From: Octopus vulgaris
Taxonomy: Eukaryota
Assembly (NCBI GenBank): GCA_951406725.2
Contig: OX597823.1
Coordinates: 100,192,001-100,256,000, forward strand
Direction of reading: 5' to 3'
Length of the DNA stretch: 64,000 nucleotides
In this document: positions 52,010 through 64,000 of the stretch, piece after piece
How positions within the stretch are numbered: the first letter of the stretch is position 1
Layout of the letters: every line of letters begins with the position of its first letter
Notes under the pieces: generated by a model
What the model was told of the DNA's origin: nothing
Database searches by the model: none
Seen by the model: only the letters and a program-made list of their open reading frames with translations
Made by a program: the position numbers and the translations under genes

Positions 52010-54867
52010 CCTACCACTACAACCCTTATTGCACCACGACCACCACTATCACATTACATCGCACTCCGACTTAACAAAGGAACATCAAACAAGTGACAGT
52101 TAATTGTGATGTGTTGGATAGGGTGAAGACAAAGCCTGTTGTGTTGCCAATAATATGATGTCAGCCATCATAATAACACTCCCACCTTCCACATCCTGTC
52201 TATCATCACCTTGTCACGTCCAATGTTTTCTCGCCTTCCATAAATGCCCATTGACCTACCTCTACGTGGTCGATTGACCTGCTAGAAGTAGCCGCCAAAC
52301 CTTCAGATCGTATCGTCTTCGAAGAGAAGAACACCTTGGACAACGTAGTTCTGGAAAGACCTCGATCCACTGAGAGAGGAAGTTCATAGGACTAGATTTC
52401 AGCTCCGACTGCTATTTCTAGTAGCTCAAGTGACCACGTGGACGCTCCCTCATTGATACATTCACAACGACCGGTTTCGCATGCACGTGACTACACTGAC
52501 AACAGGGACCCACCCCACTCACAGACTCCGTATTTCGCAAGATAACTAATACTCTTCTATACCGTTCTTTACTCGATCTGACAGAAATAGTAGCCAAAGC
52601 CTTCTCTGTTTCGAATCACTCCCTTAATGTCTTAAAAGGTTAAAGAGAACCAATAAATATAAGCTCCTGAAAAAAAACGATGTGGGGATGTCTTTAATCG
52701 TAGATCTGCTTTTATCAGGGCTGACCTAGGGTTAAACAACATCAACAATAGCAACAACAACTACAGCAACAACAACAACCGACGGAAAATATCACAAGCC
52801 GGTCACATGACTAGCCTCTTCGATAGGCGAAGCTTCTTCGAGGCTATGCAACCTGCTAGAAATAGTAGCAACTCTCCATTCAAATCACTCTGTAGAAAAG
52901 AAATACACATTAGATAATGAAGTCTTATGAAAAAGAGAAAAAGATCTAGATTGATAAGAGTTGGAAGGCTTGTGATCAAATGTCTGCTCGGACAAGTTTA
53001 ATCTGAGGCTAAAACATTAGGATAGAATAAGATGCTGACATTGTTTCATAAAAATATAAAAAGTTTTACAACTGTTGAACTTCATTTTAACCCCAGGTCA
53101 ACCCTGTCAAGATGTTCCTGTCGTAAGCGTCCCACGTTGTATCTAAGCCTCTACATTCTCCGGGATATCTTTCCTCCCTTTTTAAGAAGCAGAGCAGAGT
53201 ATCATATAAGTAAGATTTTTGCTGATATTTCTACCATATCGAACGTTAATGCAGACGCTTCCACGTTGGTTACACGAAGTCTACTACCCACTATCGGAAG
53301 CCATGCATCAATTTACCTCTTATTAATTATAAAACGTTTAAGATACATTGACTTCCGTGATCTCCAGCATTTGTTTCGGTGTCAGTCTAAAGAGAGCTCG
53401 GTTTGTGTAAATATATTTTCGCCAGCCTATTAAATTTTGGGCGTGCTCTGTATATACCATCGGCATTCTGAAAATAAAAGAATGAAATGCAACACACAAA
53501 AAAAAGTCTAGCGATGTTAATAATCCCATCCGTACGCTTATATATAACGTAATGTAGCCGTTTATTTACAGTAGTAAGCCAAGATATCCAAAGAATCTAT
53601 GGAATAGATAATTGATTCAATTATACTGGCTATTATGTCAATAATCATATAGGACGGTAGTTTGCGCTATTTCTGATTTCAAATTCTGCCGCGATCAGCT
53701 TTGCCTTCCACCCCACCTCAATGGGGTCAAGTCGATGGTGGTTAACATCCAGTTTAACGGTTTTAAAAGAGGAAACTAAACCGACCGGAAACGACGACAG
53801 TGACATCCCGTAATTTCATGTAAGCAAATCTAAGTAAGACAACCAATATATAGAACGTGTATATATTTCATGAAACAAGAAAACCGTGCATATATATTAT
53901 ATAAAATAAAAACAATCACACTTAAAGTACGTTGGAACGGTGTACCACAGTCACAATTTCTGAAATATATGAAATATCACTAGAAGCTACAATACAATGA
54001 GATGCATGTGAATACGGTATAAGAATGGGGGGGGTACTGCTAATAAAATTCAGGGATTTCCCCAGTTTTGTTTATGTTTTCTTTATAAAGTTAGTGTTTG
54101 TCACTGTCGTCACTTTCAGGCGATTTACTTCCATATTTTTAACTCCTAAACTGTATATTAACTTTGGTGCTATCAGCTAAGCCTCAAAATTGCTGGCTTT
54201 ATGCTTCCTAAATCATAATCAATCACATTAACAGTTACTTATCAATATTGTGTGATGAGGTTGTCTTTATTTATTAATTTTCAAACATTATATTCATTCA
54301 TTCATTGCATGTGTGCTTATAAACACAAACACACACACACCACGAATGCATGCACGTACATGCATACATGCGCGTACACGAACCTATACTCACATACATA
54401 TGTGAAAAAAAATTTCGATAAAAGAGCATTGTTATATTGTGTGAAGAGAGATTTGATAAGGCGGAGCAAGATTACTTTTGGGGCCCCCCAGCTGCGTGTA
54501 GCTCCCAAAATTTCAAGGTGTTGTGCTTTAATCAGAAACATTTACTTCAACATATACTTATCAAAATGGAGTGATGAGGTTCTTGTATTTTTATTAATAT
54601 TCAGCCACGATTTACATGCAACAGGGTTTATATTTTGTAGTTTTATTTAATGGTCTTTTATTATCGGTAAATCATATTTCCACTTGATTCCTCTGCTTGT
54701 TTTTATTTTCAATTTCTTGTACTCGTTATTTTATTGTTTATATGAGAAGAACTCTTCATCGTATCTTAGCCCCCTCAGGAGACGCGTAGTACGCTTCAAC
54801 TACCAAAAATGTATTGTTATGGAAATAAGGGAAACGGCGAATAAAAAACGAGCTGCCTTTTGAAAAG

Positions 54868-54970
54868 TCACCTGAGGAGACACATCGGCACCAACGATGC
54901 ACCACGACTGTTTGTATTGCATCTCACCTGAGACGAACCGATGCACGATGGGTCGAAACGATCGTAGTGA
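54868..54970 (+). ncRNA. Type I hammerhead ribozyme
   Basis: TCAC/GTGA, CTGAGGA, GAC-CATCG/CGATG-GTC, GAAA, palindromic CGATCG, TA. Confidence 0.85.
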
Positions 54971-55086
54971 ATAAACAGTCTCGTGGGTTCCATTTTCATT
55001 CTATCATATATGTATGTGTGTGTGTTGCATGTATCCATACATACATACATACATACACACATACAAATATATATATATATATTTAT

Positions 55087-55199
<113 letters not shown>

Positions 55200-55330
55200 T
55201 GTACTTGCATAGCGAGTGATTTGATCTGAGATCGTGTGCTGGAACGAAAATAATTGCAGCGTGGAAGGTGTTTATAAGCCATTTAAGAAACACACAAAAC
55301 CGTTAGATTCACTTTAACATTTAAATTTAA

Positions 55331-55381
55331 TTTGTCAAAATATTTTCGTCGCTTTGAGACCGCGACCTGTTCACTGACAAA
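55331..55381 (-). ncRNA. Hammerhead-shaped fold with non-canonical core (GUGAACA)
   Basis: TTTGTCA/TGACAAA, GTGAACAG, GTCGC/GCGAC, GAAA-ATAT-TT. Confidence 0.45.
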
Positions 55382-55420
55382 GCTTCGTGCTGCATCTGAG
55401 AAAGTAACAGTTAGTTCATG

Positions 55421-55475
<55 letters not shown>

Positions 55476-55709
55476 TGTGTGTGTATGTGCGTATGTATGT
55501 ATGTATGTATGTATGTGCGTATGTATGTATGTGTGTACATGTATGTGCGCATGCATGTGTGCATGCCTATACGCATGTATGTATGTACCTATGTACTTAC
55601 GTATGTATGTGAGTATTTAGGAGAGTGTGTAGACGTGTCTGTGTGATTGTACATGTGTAATTATTATATGTGAACGTATGTATATATGAACGTATGTATA
55701 TGTGAACGT

Positions 55710-55747
<38 letters not shown>

Positions 55748-55814
55748 GAATACAAAAAAATGGGACAAGAACGCAAAACATCCAGACAGATGATACAAAA
55801 AATGGACAAGAAAA

Positions 55815-55885
55815 AGTCGATTTGTTCGACTAAAGGTGGTACTCCAGCATGACCGCAGTCAAATGACTGAAACAAATAAAAGAAT
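55815..55885 (+). mobile_element. SINE family D 3' tail fragment
   Basis: Matches 49274-49340. Confidence 0.7.
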
Positions 55886-55888
55886 ATG

Positions 55889-55933
<45 letters not shown>

Positions 55934-56262
55934 ACACACATACACACACAGAGAGAAAGAGAGAGAGGGAGAGTGCAGAGAAAGAGAGAGAGAGATACAT
56001 GCATACATCCGTGCGTACAAACTTACATAAATTCGTCTGTGATAGTAATCTCTCTCCCCACCTGCCAAAAAAAAAAATAATAATAATAATAATAAGCGCA
56101 AGCGTGTAATGAGCTTTTTCGGCATTGATAAAATTCCTGCAGAATTATTTCATAGAATCTAATCCAAAAGAAATAATCATTATACTAAGAAATTCCATCT
56201 GCCTAGACGAATACCGATTGTTGCATTCTATGCCAGTTTTTATTTTATCCATTTTTATTTTC

Positions 56263-56297
<35 letters not shown>

Positions 56298-57371
56298 CCT
56301 TTCTCTCTCTCTCCCTCCCTCTCTCGCTCCCTCTCTCTCTTTCTTTCTCTTCCTCTTTAAACAATTCTTTTTCCTGATTGATAACGAGGCAAGCAGCGGA
56401 TGTTGGCTGCTCTATCCTATTCATATACATTTGGCTAACCCCAACTGGCTCCATGTTACACTGCTCCCTGCCGCTGTATATATTATCTCGCTTTCCAGAA
56501 TGTTTACCGGGGTCGGATATGGGATGTTTTTTCCCAGTATGTTTCTTGAATTTTTCCTATATTAATTTTTGTACTTTTAATGTTTTTTAGAAAACTTTTC
56601 TTTTCCTCTTTTATGTTTCTCCGCGCGCGCGCGCACACACATTTGGGTGAATATATAAACTCTGATAAACAATTCTTAAACAATATGGCTGCGTTCAACC
56701 TTAAGAAAATTACCTATTTCTAAACCCAGTTTGAGTTAACATGCAAGAAGTGAGAAGGCATGATTGTCACCACTTCCTGTTTCTTCTCCATTTAAACTTT
56801 GGACTTTCCTATTTCCAACAAACTTAATGATCACCACCCTCACGATTCCACTGTTCCTGATGACGACGAAGACGACGACGATAATGATGAGGAGGAGGGG
56901 GTGGGGAGGGAGGAGATGAAAGGAGGGGGAGGGGTGGCGGAGGAGGACGACGACGACGACGACGATCATATTGGTGGTGATAATGGTGGTGCTGGTGATG
57001 GTAGTTACGGCGGCGGCGGTTATGAGGGCCATCGTCGTCGTCGTCATCATCATCATCGGCGCCTCAGAATATCTACGTTAAAAACTTTTTGAGTCCGATG
57101 TATTTTATGCTGCACTGATTGAGACATAAGTACGGAAACCTCTTGGTTGATGTCATTTGCAGCTGAGAAATAAACTAATTATTATAAACCATTTTATTAG
57201 CAGCCAATGAACAAAAGCAAAGAGAGTTGAGTCTCTTGCCTAAAGACATAACTAATGCTACCTCAGTTTACAAGGCCGCTACATGGCAACTGTATGGAGT
57301 CACAAAGCAGATTTTTGAGTCAGGAATCATGAAGTGGGAGTTTGGCATCTATTCAGAAACCCTACAATTAA

Positions 57372-60300
57372 AAGAACGGGCCGTCGGCGACTAAACCGGC
57401 AACCCCACCAATCTTGCTTGGTGAGGAGGGTGTTTATTGGACACCCTGCGGGATGAAAAACAAAACCCGTCAAAGGGTGGAGAAACTCTTGAGAGTCAAC
57501 GGCTATCTAATAAATGTGTAATTATATATCACCTCATCGTGGTAAGGGGGTGAAACGGGAGTGTCAGAGCTATACCGTCGGGGACTTCGGTTTCTGGTAG
57601 GGCCACCCAAGGCGGATTGTTCTGACACCCAGCAGTATCAGGGCCGCACCCGATCCGGCAACCGGCGGCTTCAACCCGTCCTGTCCCTGCATCTGTAGAA
57701 AATCTACGGCAAACAAGACGTTCTCCCAACAGGGATATACTTGCGGCTGGGGACCGCTAGCGAACTTCCTATTCCCAAGATCCTTCAAATATTCCTCATG
57801 TATATCGCACCTTCTTCAATGACAAACCCTACTACGGCGTCCGCGGGAGCCGACGCGCTCGCTGCTCCAGTGAGGCGAGTGTTAAATCAGCAAACTGGGA
57901 TGCTAATGCGACACGGAAGAACGCATTTCTTTGGCTTTTGGAACGTCAGATCCCTGATGCATGAAGAAACACAGGCACTAACGATGCACACTCTCTCCAA
58001 ATATAACATCGATATTGCATGCCTCTCTGAAGCTAGACTTCCTGATTCTGGTTATCGCAGAATCAAAGTACCCCAACATGATGCATCATACCATCTCTAC
58101 CACAGTGGACCAACTGATAACTCTGGCCTTCATGGAGTTGCCTTCGCTCTCAACGATCGCGCCAATGCGTCATTCCTAGCCTGGGAACCTATCTCCCCTC
58201 GTCTAGCCCATATCCGTCTCAGAGGTTCAGCTATCACCATCAGTGTCATTGTTGTCTACGCTCCCATTCTCAGCACTTCTGATGAAGATAAGGACTTCTA
58301 TGATGCTTTACAGGCAGTTGTTGATCGCATACCCGCAAGCGACATCCTAATCGTTGCAGGCGATTGGAATGCCCGCACAGGACCAAGTAACACCACTAAC
58401 GACCACATACTAGGACGGTTTGCGATTGGCAACCAATGCGCCAATGGCGAAAGACTTGTCAATTTCGCTGCTGCAAATCATCTTACTGTTTCCACGGCGT
58501 CATCTTCTTACATGGTACTCCAATGACGGTGTCACAGCAAACCAGATTGACGATTTTCTCGTTAGAAGCCGCTGGTCGTTCAGAGGTGCAGAAACTGGCA
58601 GCGAACATGGTTCTGATCATATATTAGGATGGGCAAAACTACGTCTTCATCTTAAGGCCGTCAAGTTTCGCTTTAAGCCTTTAAGATACGATATCTCGAA
58701 GCTAAAAAGTAACCAGACCGAACATTTATTCCGTATTGAATTAACAAATCGGTCTAACGGGCTCGAAGCCCCTCAATTTGCTTCCTCAGAGGAAGTCTGG
58801 AAACGGTCAAACACAATCTTCAACCCGTGATGTCCACAACACTCGGCACTACTAAGCGAAAAGACAAAGATTGGATCTCGGGCCGAACAATCGAAATTGC
58901 TGAAAAAGCGAAACAAGCTCGATGCAACCAATCCGATACCTTCAGACAACTGCGCCGTGAAGCTGCCCATTCTGCCCGCGCTGATCGAAATAAATTCTGG
59001 AGGACGGTAGCTGAAGACATGGAATGCGCCGCATCTACTGGGGACTCCCGTAAACTCTACAGCCTCCTTCGATCGAGCACAAAGACAGGCTGGAGTGGTA
59101 ACGAAACCATTTTGGACCAGAATGGCGATCTCATCACCAATCTCACTGAGCGCATCATCCGCTGGAGAGACCATTTCGCCAATCTGCTGAACCATGACCA
59201 CCAGCCCCCCTTATCTGCTCCTGCGATCGACGCGACCCCAACCTTGTATGACTGCCAAACAGCTCCCCCTACGCTTGAAGAGGTCCTTGCTGTTATCAGA
59301 AAGCTCAACAATAACAAAGCTGCCGGCGAAGATAACATTCCTGCTGAGATCCTCAAGCATAGTGCAAATATACTGGGGGCCCGCGATTCACCAAGTTATC
59401 ACCCGGGTTTGGGATACGGAAACCCTTCCCCAAGACTGGAGCGTTCAACACTGGTACCTTTCTTTAAGAAAGGCGATAAACGTTGCTGCAACAACTACCG
59501 TGGCATCAGTCTGATTGACGTTTCTGCCAAAATATTTGCATCTATTCTTCTGAGACGATTCCAGTCAGAACGTGACTCTAGAACAAGACCAAATCAGTGT
59601 AGTTTCCGTCCAAATCGAGGCTGCACCGATCAAATCTTCACCCTAAGACGAATCCTCGAACACCGTTGGTGCTTTCGGCAAAAAACAGTCATCTGCTTTG
59701 TTGATTTTGCTGCTGCATTCGACTCCATCAATCGTGACACCCTCTGGAAGGTCACGCAGCAGATGGTATCCCACCTAAACTTCTCAATCTTATCAAAGCT
59801 TATTACCGCTCAACAAGATCCCGCGTACGCGTGTATGGTGAAGTGTCGGAACCCTTCGAAATACGGTCTGGCGTTAGGCAAGGATGTGTTATTTCGCCAA
59901 CTCTTTTCAATTACGCCATCGACTGGATCACCACAAATGCATTAAGGGAGTTCCCCGGTATCATTGTTGGTCACAACTTTTCCGTCAAGGATCTAGACTA
60001 CGCAGATGACATTGCGATACTTGGCGAAACATTTGCTGACGTCCAGTTTGCTATCAATGAGCTCCAGCGTGTTGCATCGCAGATTGGTATGAAAGTCAAT
60101 GCCTCGAAGACCAAAATCCTCACAGCCGGCTTCGCCCCACCAGACAAAACACCCATTGTCCTCAATGGTGATATTCTTGAAATGGTTGAGAGTTTCAAAT
60201 ACCTTGGCGCCATCATTACAGCTACAGGTCAAGGTGAGGCTGACATTAAACCACGAATCGACCTCGCTCGCCAAGCCTTCAACCGACTCAGTGCACAACT

Positions 60301-60990
60301 CTGGTCAAGATCCGACGCACCACCAAAGTACGGATCTACCAAGCACTAGTGCGAACGATTCTCCTTTACGGCAGCGAGTCATGGCCAATGAGGGTGGAAG
60401 ATATTAAGCGACTAGAATCCTTCGATCACCTCTGTCTACGCCGCATCCTTCGTGTTCGATGGCATCACTTTGTCTCCAATAATTCGGTGCGACACCAGTG
60501 CAGAATCACCTCCCTCCGACAAGTCATCCTAACGAGACGTCTGCGTTGGCTGGGTCATGCCCTCCGTCGTCAACCAGGAGAATTCATCTACGAAGCAATT
60601 GGCCCAGCTCCCCTCAGGGTTGGCGAAAGCGTCGTGGTGGACAACGAAAAACCTGGCTGATGACGGTCAAGGCTGATCTGGAACCCAACCTAGGCCCCCA
60701 TATCTACGGCGTTCGCCGCTGGAATAAGGAGTGGTTGGGGATCACGCGATCGTTAGCCTCAAATCGCCAGACCTGGTCGGCGTTTGTGAGAGATGCAGCA
60801 TTGAGGATATATGAAGCCAGCTCAACCCACCGCGGGTGAATGCTTGAAGAAGAAGAAGAAGAAGAAGAAGAAGAAGAAGAAGAAGAAGAAGAAGAAGAAG
60901 AAGAAGAAGAAGAAGAAGAAGAAGAAGAAGAAGAAGAAGAAGAAGAAGAAGAAGAAGAAGAAGAAGAAGAAGAAGGAGGAGGAGGAGGAG
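57372..60990 (+). mobile_element. RTE-clade LINE, near full length, frameshifted
   Basis: APE motifs GFWNVRSL, CLSEAR, GDWNA, GSDH. RT motifs NYRGISL, QCSFRPNRGCTDQIF, FVDFAAAFDS, GVRQGCVISP, YADD, FKYLG. C-terminal RRLRWLGH and RRGGQRKTW. Long (GAA)n tail from 60845. Confidence 0.95.
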
Positions 60991-61046
60991 GAAGTTGTTT
61001 GTCTCCAAGGAAACTCAAACCGACCGGTCCTCTGGTGAAAAACCTT

Positions 61047-61103
<57 letters not shown>

Positions 61104-61354
61104 TTTCATTTATATAAACATACTTGATTTGCATTTCAGTAATGTTGTGTGCACATGTCGTCGGCAGTATGGCGTGTGGGCGAAGGGAAAGATATGTATA
61201 ACTGCGTATGTGTTTACGCCGATATAAAAGAAAAGACAAACATTCATGATATTATAGAAGAATAGGAGCAACGCTGACCTGTGGATAGATAACGTTCACC
61301 CACGTCTGGATGACTCATTTCAATAGCAATTGTAATGCTGTCTTAAAACAGAGT

Positions 61355-61439
<85 letters not shown>

Positions 61440-61547
61440 CAGAAAGACAGACAGACAGATAGACAGACAGATAGACAGACAGACAGACAGATAGATAGAT
61501 AGATACATACATACATACATACATACATACATACATACATACATACA

Positions 61548-61576
<29 letters not shown>

Positions 61577-61578
<2 letters not shown>

Positions 61579-63352
61579 GTTTCTTTATTAGCCATGCAGG
61601 GCTGCACACAGACGGGACAAATTACAAGGTAGAGCTTTTCTTTTGGGGGATAAAAAAAGGGGTTTTGGTTTTGGATCAAAAGGGATCGTAAAAGGAAAGA
61701 AAAAGGGGGGAAAAGAAAAAAGGAGGGGATAAAAAGAAAAGGAAAAAGAAAAAATCGATCAATAGGGATCGTTATCACAGAAATGTCAATATAAAGTGTA
61801 AAGGGGAGGACAGGTGAGATTTATCCGTGGAAAGAAAAGCCTACGGAAAAGACCACGGTAACCTCGGTCAACGAAGTCACATGTTATATTTTTTTTTTAT
61901 ATTTTACAAATAAGTAACTCTCTGTATTAAATTTTTACGGTTCATAGGATCATGATCAAGGTGGCTTCGTCATTCATACGTGCCATCCTTGCTACATTCA
62001 CCCATCTTTTTTTAAAACATTCGCTAGACAAAACTTGCCTCTCTACTCTCACTTTCCTTTTCAAGTGATACCTGAAGAAGTTGATGACAGATTGACCAGA
62101 GAGGAAAGTGTTTGTCTCCAATCCTTTCAGACGCGTCCACCAGATACATTCTTTCGCCATAGCCACAAGTATGATAAAAATAGCTCTTCCTTCCCGTTTG
62201 AAGGAGGCGTGACGATATTAAAGATAGACTCGGCTGATAAACCGATTCGTCCCACACGTGACAGCAGTCGTTCGACATAAGCCCACAGGTCGGAGTTGTT
62301 GGACACTGCACGATTGCGTGCAGAACGGTTTCGTCGCTCTGACCGCATCTCGGGCAGGTCGGCCTCGTGTTTCTCTGGAAGTTGTCCATACGTCCCGACC
62401 CGAAAGTCGTCTCAAACAGGCGGGTCAGGTATTCCTCGTCGACGCCCAGGTTCGCCCAAGATCGTCGTCGTACCTCCCCTCCACTAATTCCCTATAGAAT
62501 GATTTGGTTGTGTTGAAGTCACTCAAGGTCGACCCTGGACGGCATAGTTGCTTGAGAGCAACACGACACTCGCGATGCCATTCGCCTAGCCTCGGCCTCT
62601 TTTTGATCTACGACTGCAGTTCGGTCATGGAGACGAGCTGCGGGAAGGCGTGCCTCACAAACGGCGACCACATCTGTTCACCGTCGTCTAAATAGAGCTG
62701 GAGATATCGCAGTCTCAGCGCGTCTGCGCATCATTAACCATGGCATCTCCAGCCCTACTTTTAACGAGTGTTGACAGCAAATGGATCGCCTGACCATCGG
62801 GACGCATCCTTTCCACAAGAAGCGGAAGACAATGCGTTCTAGTTTGGTGATGGTAGGGTCGGGACAAGGTACGACGGTCAGGCGGTAGTAGATGATGGAC
62901 GCGATGTACGTGTTCTCCACCTCCGCCCGACCTTTTAGGGACAGTTTCCTCTCGGCCCATTACCGGGCGAGAGTGACCACCCTACTCATTATCTCGTTCC
63001 AGTTCTTCTCCAATTGGAGGTACGGACCAAACCAGACACCGAGCAACTCCGTCCAGCGTCCCAAGACGGAGGCGCTGCTGGACGGCATGGGCTTGCTTCT
63101 CCAGGTGCCGAGCTCCAAGTCCACTGACTTTTCCCGGTTGATTTTCGCTCCTGTCACCGCTTCGTAGTCTTTCAGGGTCTCGCCGACCAGCTCGAAGTGT
63201 TCGTGGCTTGACACTATGTCGGTGACGTCGTCCGCGTATGCAGACACGCTCGTCCCGCATCCCAGTTCTCGCGCGATGCCCCTCAGAGTCTCCAGCTTCC
63301 TCAGTAGTGGCTCGAGAGTCAATATGTATAGAAGCGACGAGAGGGGGCATCC
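61577..63352 (-). mobile_element. Tx1/L1-clade LINE, 5'-truncated, inside tetranucleotide repeats
   Basis: GCPLSSLLYILTLEPLLRKL, SAYADD, GAKINREKS, zinc knuckle CPRCGQSDETVLHAIVQC. 3' end AATAAAGAAACAT then (ATGT)n. 5' end abuts (ATCT)n. Confidence 0.9.
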
Positions 63353-63442
<90 letters not shown>

Positions 63443-63446
<4 letters not shown>

Positions 63447-64000
63447 GTTTTTATTGTGGCCACACAGGGCTAAACACAGAAAAAATGGACGAAATACAAT
63501 GTAGAGTTTTTCTTTTCGAGGTGGGATGGGTGGGACACACAAAGAAAAAACGTTCGATCAATAGGGATCTGTGGGTTATGTGGTGTATAAAAAGCAATAT
63601 ATATAAAGTTCACAGTTTAGGTGTAGCCTTGGAAAGAAAAACCTACAAAAAGCCCAAGGTCACCTCAGACAGTTCGAAATGTACACAAGAGTAAGTCACC
63701 TTACCTCTCGTTGTCTCTTTTGGTTACAGATTTAAGCTTAAAATGGTGTCGTCTTTCATACTGACCATTTTTTCCACTTTTACCCACTTTTTATTGAAAC
63801 ATTCGTTCGACAAAGCCTTCCTCTCTATTCTCGTCCTCCTTTTCAAGTGGTACTTGAAAAAGTTGACGAGAGACTGACCAGAGAGGAAGGTGTTTGTTTG
63901 TAGCCCTTTCAAACGCGTCCACCACACACATTCTTTCGCCATAGCCATCAGCGTAACGAAACCCGTTTTCCCTTCCCGTTGAAAGGAAGGTGGTGGAACA
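63443..64000 (-). mobile_element. Second Tx1/L1-clade LINE 3' end (related family)
   Basis: ORF end MAMAKECVWWTRLKGL..FFKYHLKR is homologous to 61942-62166. 3' end AATAAAAACTT then (ATCT)n. Confidence 0.85.

Noticed and set aside
56799-57092. Acidic/Gly/His-rich ORF
   Set aside because: Built from GAC/GAT/GGT/CAT trinucleotide runs; low complexity only.

Overview
AT-rich, microsatellite-dense animal genomic DNA with no recognisable host protein-coding exon. The SINE/LINE repertoire resembles an octopod cephalopod (inference). The window is a mosaic of transposable elements. Non-LTR retrotransposons: three CR1-type LINEs (10.7-14.7, 38.6-41.6 and 47.0-48.3 kb), a near full-length RTE LINE (57.4-61.0 kb), two Tx1/L1-type 3' pieces inside GATA/CATA repeats, and several R4/Dong RLE-type fragments, three of them inside (TAA)n. 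Other elements: tRNA-derived SINEs, Helitron remnants, a piggyBac remnant, a mariner with long inverted repeats, and a ~7 kb 20-bp satellite (18.9-25.9 kb). The strongest unannotated signal is a dense set of type-I hammerhead ribozymes, read by eye: nine loci with an intact or single-substitution core, plus half and variant copies. They sit in short non-coding elements in (TA)n, often with a Penelope-style inverted copy of their own 3' end. One of them (36393-36706) combines a tRNA-like Pol III head, (TAA)n and a hammerhead. It is bounded by a 12-bp target-site duplication inside an R4/Dong RT frame, so it is a candidate ribozyme-bearing SINE mobilised by Penelope-like elements. SINE tails here also match the 3' ends of the local Tx1 and CR1 LINEs. 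All alignments and folds were done by eye.
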